DNA of 15,642 bases from Saprospiraceae bacterium (GTDB lineage: Bacteria; Bacteroidota; Bacteroidia; Chitinophagales; Saprospiraceae): the NCBI GenBank assembly GCA_965662365.1, contig CBFIHR010000093.1:1-15642 (forward strand), given 5' to 3'. Positions within the stretch are counted from its first letter, which is position 1. Each line of letters starts with the position of its first letter. The notes beneath the pieces are model-generated. The model searched no databases, was not told the origin of the DNA, and saw only the letters and a program-made list of their open reading frames with translations. Of the stretch, positions 8,407-14,935 are shown piece after piece. A program made the translations under genes and the position numbers.

Positions 8407-9636
8407 TTAAACTCTTTCTCCTCTCAAAATCACGGTTTCCACCAAATCACTGCCAAACGCATAAGGCAAAAATGCAATCGAAGGAATTGGTTTAGTGATG
8501 AAGACGTTTGCTAATTTTCCTTTTGTAATACTGCCGACTTCATCGGATAATTCCATAGCGTAAGCACTATTGATTGTTGCTGCGTTGATGGCTTCTTCGG
8601 GGGTCATTTTCATTTTGATACAAGCCAAAGATAAGACAAACGACATTCGACCAGAAGGGGTAGAACCAGGATTATAATCTGAAGCCAAAGCGACTGGCAA
8701 ACCTGCATCAATCATTTTTCGAGCAGGTGCATATTCTAAACTTAGAAAGAAAGCCGTTGAAGGTAAAATCGTCGGCATTGTCACGGAATCTTTCAAGGCT
8801 TCGATTTCTTCATCGCCCATACATTCCAAGTGATCCACGGAAATTGACTGATTCGCTACCCCGACTTGAACGCCTCCAGAAAGGTATAATTCGTTCGCAT
8901 GAATTTTGGACTTCATGCCATATTTAGCGGCAGCTTTTAGGATTTTATCGGTTTCCTCCATCGTAAAAAAGCCTTTTTCACAGAAAACATCACAATAATC
9001 TGCCAGACCTTCTGCTACAACTTTTGGTAGCATTTCATTGATAATCAAATCGATATACGCCTCCCGATTATTTTTGTAAGCCAACGGAATCGCATGAGCG
9101 CCTAAAAAAGTCGTTTTCACAGGCATTTTCGTATTTTCCTTAATGCGTTTAGCGACTCGAAGCATTTTGAGTTCGCTTTCTGTTGTCAATCCGTAGCCGG
9201 ATTTGATTTCTACGGCACCAGTTCCGAATCCTCGAATTTCGTGTAAACGAGTCATGGCACTTTCATAAAGGTCGTCTTCGGTAGCGTTTTGTAGGCGTTT
9301 CGCTGAATTGTGAATGCCGCCACCTCGTTCGGTGATTTCTTCGTAAGTCAAGCCGTTGATTCTATCGACAAACTCTTGTTCACGGCTGCCTGCAAAAACC
9401 AAATGTGTATGGGAATCGCACCAGGTCGGAAAAACCATTTTACCAGTTGCATCAATGATTTCGCCATCGTGATTTGGACAATTTTCCATTGTTCCGAAGT
9501 CTGTAATTCGCTCATTTTCAATTAATAAGAAAGCGTTATCAATTGTTGGTAAATCCTTCATGGCGTTACCTTTTAGCATTTTTGGATGAGAAGTATCACG
9601 AACTTGAACTAAAGTTTTGATGTTTTTTATTAGCAT
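8407..9636 (-). CDS. hutI: Imidazolonepropionase (histidine utilisation)
   Basis: Strong motif-level match to HutI: DSHTHLVFAGSREQEF, ERGGGIH, VEIKSGYGL, KIHANE, ALASDYNPGSTP. The track ORF extends to 9672 from a TTG. The in-frame ATG at 9634-9636 (MLIKNIKTLVQV...) aligns with the HutI N-terminus and is the preferred start. Confidence 0.9.
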   Translation of the reverse strand: MLIKNIKTLVQVRDTSHPKMLKGNAMKDLPTIDNAFLLIENERITDFGTMENCPNHDGEIIDATGKMVFPTWCDSHTHLVFAGSREQEFVDRINGLTYEEITERGGGIHNSAKRLQNATEDDLYESAMTRLHEIRGFGTGAVEIKSGYGLTTESELKMLRVAKRIKENTKMPVKTTFLGAHAIPLAYKNNREAYIDLIINEMLPKVVAEGLADYCDVFCEKGFFTMEETDKILKAAAKYGMKSKIHANELYLSGGVQVGVANQSISVDHLECMGDEEIEALKDSVTMPTILPSTAFFLSLEYAPARKMIDAGLPVALASDYNPGSTPSGRMSFVLSLACIKMKMTPEEAINAATINSAYAMELSDEVGSITKGKLANVFITKPIPSIAFLPYAFGSDLVETVILRGERV

Positions 9637-9965
9637 GTTTTCTAAGTATAAAGTATAAAATATGTATTTCAATTATTCCGTAATGAGGTATAATTTCTTG
9701 CAAAAATACGAAGTTATGTAAGATTAACATATCTAAGCGAATGATTTTAATATTTGGTCGTGACAACTTACTATGCTTTTCGTTTTGAACGCTTTTTTAT
9801 AAAAAAGTGAAGAGTAGATGGTTTGTACCGAAACTTCGAGAAAGTACGAGGCGAAAATAAGGTAGATTGTCATTTTCGATTCCCTCTCTTGACGTTTATG
9901 AGATAAATGCTTAACTTGCTACTTTTAATTGATAACCAGATTATTTGAAGATTTAACCTAATCCA

Positions 9966-11006
9966 ATGAATTATTCTAAATTTCAAGATATAGATGAGTT
10001 AAAGTTATGGCTTAAAACCCAATTAATTGATGATGTCGAAGAAGCACTTGATGAATTAGGAAATGTTTTGAGTAATAAAAAATACAATACATTCATTTTA
10101 TTTAAAGCAAGGTATAATCAACATAAAAAAGATAAAATCAATGGCACAATTACTGTTGAAAATGACCGAGTTTTTAACGCTCGACTGATTAGTAACGTTA
10201 CTGATTTTACCGATGACTTAGAAGAAAACCATTTTAAACCTGAAATCCTTGAGCAGTTCGGTACAATTGCTAAAAATGATAACGGAAAAGATAATTTACC
10301 GACGGAGTCTTTACGAACTTTTCCTATTCGTCCACTTGAAAATGTCGAACCCATTGTTGCGTTATTGGTCTTTGCCAATGATACAGACATTCCATTGAAA
10401 AACCTGCAAGAAGAAGAAATTGAAGTAAAATATGCTTTGAAACATTTTGAAAAATCTGGTGGAAATATAGAAGTCGTATCTGTAAGTTCGGTGAAAGAAA
10501 TTTTCAAGTATTTCGAATTGTATAAAGGTCAAATTGGTTTGGTACATTATGGCGGACACGCCTCTGGCAAAGGTTTACAAATTGATGGAACATTAGCAAA
10601 TGCAAAGGGTTTAGCGAACTTGATGGGAACTGAACCGAATTTGCAATTTGTGTTTTTAAATGGTTGTGCCACCAAAGATCAGGTCAAATTATTGGAACAA
10701 AATAACGTCAAAACAGTGATTGCGACCTCGGCTCCGATTAATGATAGAAAAGCGACGGATTTTGCGATTCGTTTTTATCAAAATTTAACGTTTTTTGGTG
10801 GTGAAAATACCTTAGAAGATGCTTTTAAAAATGCAAAGGCTTACACCGAAACTACGTCTATGCAGCCAGTTGAAATTGGCATGAATAGAGGTTTTATGTT
10901 TAATGATGAAAAGCCGATTAATGCATTTAATTGGGCGTTGTATGGTAATCCCGAAAACTGGAAATGGAAACTCCCTAAAATTGGCGTCAATATCAAGAAG
11001 AATTGA
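9966..11006 (+). CDS. CHAT-domain (caspase-like) cysteine protease with an unassigned N-terminal domain of about 115 aa
   Basis: 346 aa. Putative catalytic dyad His198 in LVHYGGHASG (codon cac 10557-10559) and Cys234 in FVFLNGCATK (codon tgt 10665-10667), 36 aa apart. The C-terminal VIATSAPINDRKATDFAIRFYQNL matches the CHAT helix that follows the Cys motif. Pre-His strands PIVALLVFANDTDIPLKNLQEEEIEVKYAL are consistent with CHAT. The gene is visibly more AT-rich than flanking hutI. Confidence 0.75.
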   Translation: MNYSKFQDIDELKLWLKTQLIDDVEEALDELGNVLSNKKYNTFILFKARYNQHKKDKINGTITVENDRVFNARLISNVTDFTDDLEENHFKPEILEQFGTIAKNDNGKDNLPTESLRTFPIRPLENVEPIVALLVFANDTDIPLKNLQEEEIEVKYALKHFEKSGGNIEVVSVSSVKEIFKYFELYKGQIGLVHYGGHASGKGLQIDGTLANAKGLANLMGTEPNLQFVFLNGCATKDQVKLLEQNNVKTVIATSAPINDRKATDFAIRFYQNLTFFGGENTLEDAFKNAKAYTETTSMQPVEIGMNRGFMFNDEKPINAFNWALYGNPENWKWKLPKIGVNIKKN

Positions 11007-11426
11007 CGAATCTGAAGTAATTACAATGAAAAGTTTTCATAAAACATCAAATAGTTGCAGGTCGAATTACTGGAGTTAAGTAATTATTTACAGATAAGTA
11101 TGACCGATTACTTCGTTTAAAAAATTTATTGTTTCTCCTTTTTTAATAATTAAAGCAATGAGCAGTAAAAAAGATAAGTTTTACGAACAAAAATAATAGT
11201 AAAACTATCATTAAGTTAAAAAAATCTTAACATTTATCGAATAATTAATCATTTTAGCCGAACAATGAGTAGGTATCTGCACGAAATTTTTCATTTTACA
11301 CCTGTAACAGTTGGCAGTAAACAGTATTCAGTAAGCAGTTGTGGTTTTGGTTTTACTAAAAAAACAAACCTAAATTGCGTCATTACGTACTGAAAATTGC
11401 TTATTGAAAACTGAAAACTGAGTTTT

Positions 11427-12074
11427 ATGAAAGAATTATTTGACTTCGCATTCTCACCGCCGATAATTGTTTATACCATTTTATTAATGGTTTTCTTATT
11501 GTACTGGCTGACTGTCATTATTGGAATTTTTGATTTTAGCTCTTTTGACTTTGATATTGATATAGACGTTGATGTGGACGCAGATACAGATATTGATATC
11601 GAAGGTAGCGGAGGCATCGCTTTGGCGATTTTAGGCTTTTTTAATTTTGGTAAAGTGCCGTTTATGGTCTTGATGTCGGTCTTATTCTTATCGATGTGGA
11701 CAATTGCAGTTTTGGGAACTTATTACGTTGGAGATGGTTCGATTTTGTTTTCTATCGTTTTAATTCCTATCAATTTGGCGATTGGTCTATTGATTACAAA
11801 AGTAGTGACAACGCCTTTGATACCGATATTTGATTCTATCGCAAAAGACGAAGCAAAACCAATTGATTATATCGGAATGTTAGGCGAAATCGTTTTGGAA
11901 ACTTCCAATATGCAAACGGGACAAATCGAAATTAAACATCAAAAACGATTAATTACACTTTCAGTTAAAGCTGTTGAAGAACATGAAGGTATAATCAAGC
12001 GAGGTTCTGAAGTTGTGATTGCTGATCATAATGCGGATAAAAGTTTGTTCTTTGTAAGACCTGCGAGTTTTTAA
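11427..12074 (+). CDS. NfeD-like membrane protein (YqiJ/YuaF family; short-form NfeD with C-terminal OB-fold)
   Basis: 215 aa. Two or three TM helices. An acidic DFDIDIDVDVDADTDIDIEG repeat between helices. A C-terminal beta-rich domain (GEIVLETSNMQTGQIEIKHQKRLITLSVKAVEEHEGIIKRGSEVVI) typical of the NfeD OB-fold. Sits immediately upstream of an SPFH gene, as in yqiJK and yuaF-floT. Confidence 0.7.
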   Translation: MKELFDFAFSPPIIVYTILLMVFLLYWLTVIIGIFDFSSFDFDIDIDVDVDADTDIDIEGSGGIALAILGFFNFGKVPFMVLMSVLFLSMWTIAVLGTYYVGDGSILFSIVLIPINLAIGLLITKVVTTPLIPIFDSIAKDEAKPIDYIGMLGEIVLETSNMQTGQIEIKHQKRLITLSVKAVEEHEGIIKRGSEVVIADHNADKSLFFVRPASF

Positions 12075-12078
12075 AATT

Positions 12079-12097
12079 CCGTAGGTACAACCTACGG
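12079..12097 (+). promoter_or_regulatory. Intercistronic stem-loop between the NfeD-like and flotillin-like genes
   Basis: ccgtagg-tacaa-cctacgg forms a perfect 7-bp stem 5 nt after the nfeD-like stop. No strong T-tract follows, so it is more likely a partial terminator or processing/stability element than a full terminator. Confidence 0.25.
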
Positions 12098-12253
12098 TTA
12101 CTTAAATTCAACTCTTTCAGGGTTTTATTTAAAGATATTTGGAAAAATCTGGAAGAGTTTAATATGAATAGCCACAGATGTGAAGAAGTACAATTGTTTA
12201 AAAATCAATTAATTATAAAAATATTTCAAATAAATCATTAAAAAAAATAACCT

Positions 12254-14416
12254 ATGTTCGGAAATGTATGGATAGTAGTAGGCATTGTAGTAGCCATAAT
12301 TACTTTTGGTTTTATTGCTTTTTTCATTACGATGTATAAAAAAGTACCGCAAGGCAAAGCCATGGTCAAAACTGGTCTTGGCGGTTTGAAAGTTTCTTTC
12401 AATGGAATGATAGTCGTTCCGGTGATTCATAAATTGGAAATCATGGATATTTCGGTGAAGAAAATTGAGATTCATCGAGAGGGAAAAGATGGTTTGATTT
12501 GTAAGGATAATATGCGTGCAGATATTAAAGTCGCTTTCTTTGTTCGGGTGAATCCTACGATCGAAGATGTTGAAAAAGTTGCTCAAAATATTGGTACAGA
12601 ACGAGCGTCAGAAGTTTCTACGTTGAATGCCTTGTTTGAAGCGAAGTTTTCAGAGGCTTTAAAAACGGTTGGTAAAAAATTCAACTTTATTGATTTGTAT
12701 GATAGCCGTTCTAAATTTAAAGGTCAAATCTTAGAAGAGATCGGTAAAGATTTAAACGGCTATGTCTTAGATGATTGTGCGATTGATTATTTGGAACAAA
12801 CCGATGTGAAGCATTTGAAATCGGATAATATTTTGGATTCGGAAGGTATCAAAAAAATCACCGAATTGACTGCTGAACAAAATATGTTGGCAAACAAAAT
12901 CCGCAGAGAAGAAGAAAAAACAATTACGCAGCAAAACGTCGAAGCGAAAGAAGCGATTTTAGAATTGAATCGTCAATTGGCAGAAAAAGAAGCACGTCAG
13001 CAGCGTGAAATTGCGAATATCAAGGCTCGTGAACAAGCGGAAATTGATAAAGTCAATGAGGAAGAAAAATTAAAAGCAGAACAAGCAAGAATCAGAACGG
13101 CCGAAGAATTGGGCATTTTAGAAGCCAATAAAGAACGCCAAATTATTGTCGCTTTAAAGAATAAGGAACGCACTGAAGCAGTTGAGCATGAAAGAGTTGA
13201 TAAAGATAGACAGTTGGAAATCAACGAAAAAGAACGCATCGTGACGTTGGCACAAATTGAAAAAGAAAAAGCGATTGAGGAGGAGAAAAAACGCATTCAA
13301 GAGATTATCAGTGAGCGTGTGGCGGTCGATAAAAAAGTGACCGAAGAAGAGGAAAAAATCAAGGATTTAAAGGCATTAGCAGAAGCTGACCGTTCAAAAG
13401 CAGTGGCGTTGAAAAATGCAGAACAAGAGGGCGAAAGTTTAATCATTACGACTACGAAAAGAGCCGAAGCGGACAAATTAGCCGCAGAAGTGAATGCTCA
13501 AAAAATGATGATTGATGCAAAAGCAAAACAAGAAGCAGCTACAAAAGAAGCTGAAGCAAGAAAGATTCACGCAGAAGCCTTAGCAGCAGAGGAAGCGACT
13601 ATTGGATTGGCGGAAGCACAAGTCATGGAGGCGAAAGCGAAGGCGAAAGAAAAAGATGGAAGCGTTGATGCGATTGTTTTGGAAAAAACATTACAAGCGG
13701 AAGCAAAAGGTATCGAATTGAAGGCTGAAGCGAATCGTAAACAAGGCTTAATGGAAGCCGAAGTTTTAGAGAAGCAGGTTATGGCGGAAGCAAAAGGCAT
13801 CGAGCAGAAAGGTTTGGCAGAGGCGGATATTTTGGAAAAACGAATGTTGGCAGAAGCAAAAGGCATCGAAGAAAAAGGTTTGGCAGAAGCAAAATCCGTT
13901 GCTGAAAAAGCGAAAGCAATGCATGAATTGAACGAAGCCGGCAAAGAACACGAAGAGTTCAAATTGCGTTTGCAGCAACAAACTGAAATCGCATTGGCAA
14001 AAATTGGTATTCAAAGAGACATCGCAGAAGCACAAGCGAAAATCATGGCAGAAGCGTTCAAATCGGCAAATATTGAAATTGTTGGTGGCGAACAGCAGTT
14101 TTTTGATAGCGTCATGAATGCGATGAGTCAAAGTAGATTTATCGATACTTTAGTCGATAACAGCGATAATTTGACGGCTTTAAAAACGGCAATGTTGGGA
14201 ACAGGTGAAGGCAATGGCGACTTAATGCAACGCATCAAAGGTTTTATCGCTAAAACAGGAATGACCAGCGATGATGTCCGTAATTTAACGATGTCGAATT
14301 TGTTGGTGCAGTTGTCAAATAAGGCAAATGAGGAGGATAAAGGTATGATTGCGACCTTGATGAATACCGTAAAAGCGGCCGGAATCGGTGGGAAGAATGC
14401 TGGGGATTTGTTGTAG
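12254..14416 (+). CDS. Flotillin-like SPFH/Band-7 protein (YqiK/FloT family)
   Basis: 720 aa. N-terminal TM anchor (WIVVGIVVAIITFGFIAFFI). SPFH domain (KVPQGKAMVKTGLGG...IKVAFFVRV). A long Glu/Ala/Lys-rich coiled coil with repeated AEAKGIE(x)KGLAEA units (flotillin EA repeats). A globular C-terminus. Confidence 0.85.
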   Translation: MFGNVWIVVGIVVAIITFGFIAFFITMYKKVPQGKAMVKTGLGGLKVSFNGMIVVPVIHKLEIMDISVKKIEIHREGKDGLICKDNMRADIKVAFFVRVNPTIEDVEKVAQNIGTERASEVSTLNALFEAKFSEALKTVGKKFNFIDLYDSRSKFKGQILEEIGKDLNGYVLDDCAIDYLEQTDVKHLKSDNILDSEGIKKITELTAEQNMLANKIRREEEKTITQQNVEAKEAILELNRQLAEKEARQQREIANIKAREQAEIDKVNEEEKLKAEQARIRTAEELGILEANKERQIIVALKNKERTEAVEHERVDKDRQLEINEKERIVTLAQIEKEKAIEEEKKRIQEIISERVAVDKKVTEEEEKIKDLKALAEADRSKAVALKNAEQEGESLIITTTKRAEADKLAAEVNAQKMMIDAKAKQEAATKEAEARKIHAEALAAEEATIGLAEAQVMEAKAKAKEKDGSVDAIVLEKTLQAEAKGIELKAEANRKQGLMEAEVLEKQVMAEAKGIEQKGLAEADILEKRMLAEAKGIEEKGLAEAKSVAEKAKAMHELNEAGKEHEEFKLRLQQQTEIALAKIGIQRDIAEAQAKIMAEAFKSANIEIVGGEQQFFDSVMNAMSQSRFIDTLVDNSDNLTALKTAMLGTGEGNGDLMQRIKGFIAKTGMTSDDVRNLTMSNLLVQLSNKANEEDKGMIATLMNTVKAAGIGGKNAGDLL
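13697..13915 (+). repeat. In-frame tandem DNA repeats encoding the flotillin EA repeats
   Basis: The unit gc(g/a)gaagcaaaagg(t/c)atcga(a/g) recurs at 13697, 13784 and 13850. aaaggtttggcaga(g/a)gc recurs at 13808 and 13875. This amounts to a roughly 66-bp tandem duplication. It explains the cluster of long antisense ORFs in the track here. Confidence 0.6.
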
Positions 14417-14460
14417 GTTTTTTGGACACGGATTTTCACGAATTACACGGATTATTTTTT

Positions 14461-14499
14461 GACAGGATTTACAAGATTTTTTAATCTTGTTTTCCTGTC
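14461..14499 (+). terminator. Imperfect hairpin downstream of the flotillin gene, a possible operon terminator
   Basis: gacagga-ttt-acaagat / tttttta / atcttgt-ttt-cctgtc gives two 7-bp stems separated by a symmetric ttt/ttt internal loop, 45 nt after the stop. No canonical T-tract follows. Confidence 0.3.
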
Positions 14500-14715
14500 G
14501 AAAATAATTTTACTATCTGAAAAAATAAACAGATTTCCGTCATGCCGAATACTGAATCAAGTTCAGCACAGACTTATTTCGGAATCTCCCAAGCATCAAA
14601 GACGAAATCTTTACAAAGCACAAAATCAAAAAGTCATGCACAACAAATAGGTGATTTTTGTGCATGAAAATAGAACGTACACAAAAACAGGTAAATCTTG
14701 TGCACGTTATTAACG

Positions 14716-14896
14716 GTGTCGGTTCTCCGAACCTCAAATTTTTACACTTTACATCTTTTCTACAAACGGTAACGGTTCTCTGAACCTTGACGAATTGATT
14801 TAAAATTCACGTTAGAACGATAAAGGTTCGGAGAACTGATTCCGTTTGTAGTAACATTGAATAACCGATATATTTTAAGGTTCGGAGAACCGACAC
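14716..14896. repeat. 181-bp nested palindromic element made of four 13-nt hairpin units (GGTTCnnnGAACC) arranged as two direct repeats followed by two inverted repeats
   Basis: Units are ggttctccgaacc 14721-14733, ggttctctgaacc 14774-14786, ggttcggagaact 14825-14837 and ggttcggagaacc 14879-14891. The outer arms 14716-14734 (gtgtcggttctccgaacct) and 14878-14896 (aggttcggagaaccgacac) are perfect 19-bp reverse complements. The inner arms 14760-14786 and 14825-14851 are complementary at 23 of 27 positions. Units in each pair are spaced 53-54 bp apart. The symmetry centre is near 14806 (tttaaa). Confidence 0.7.
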
Positions 14897-14935
14897 AGTT
14901 AATCAACAATTTTTTAAATTTATAAAATCATAAAT

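Noticed and set aside
8308-9525. Track ORFs 8308-8514(+), 8727-8927(+), 9310-9525(+)
   Set aside because: They are antisense to hutI, whose identity is supported by multiple conserved motifs. The first also spans the intergenic inverted repeat.
10118-10559. Minus-strand ORFs inside the CHAT gene (129 aa and 65 aa)
   Set aside because: They are antisense to a CDS with a clear CHAT His/Cys signature. Their products are Ser/Phe-rich and low-complexity.
11010-11426. Small ORFs (12 aa at ~11158; 42 aa at ~11266) in the CHAT/NfeD intergenic gap
   Set aside because: No signal peptide, TM or toxin-like features. They could not be distinguished from chance in 30% GC DNA. They are mentioned only as candidates if a small partner for the CHAT protease is sought.
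12209-14439. Minus-strand ORFs 12209-12586, 12997-13296, 13567-13962, 13766-14131, 14128-14439
   Set aside because: They are antisense to the flotillin-like gene. The long ones are artefacts of the GAA/GCA-rich EA-repeat region, which lacks stop codons on the opposite strand.
14459-14737. ORFs 14459-14650(+) and 14540-14737(-) in the repeat-rich intergenic region
   Set aside because: The products are low-complexity with no motifs, and the ORFs overlap the hairpin and palindrome elements. The region is better explained as structured non-coding DNA or RNA.
14716-14896. CRISPR array
   Set aside because: There are only four units. Two are in inverted orientation, spacers are unequal in length and the arms pair with each other. 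No cas genes are present. It is a palindromic element, not a CRISPR array.
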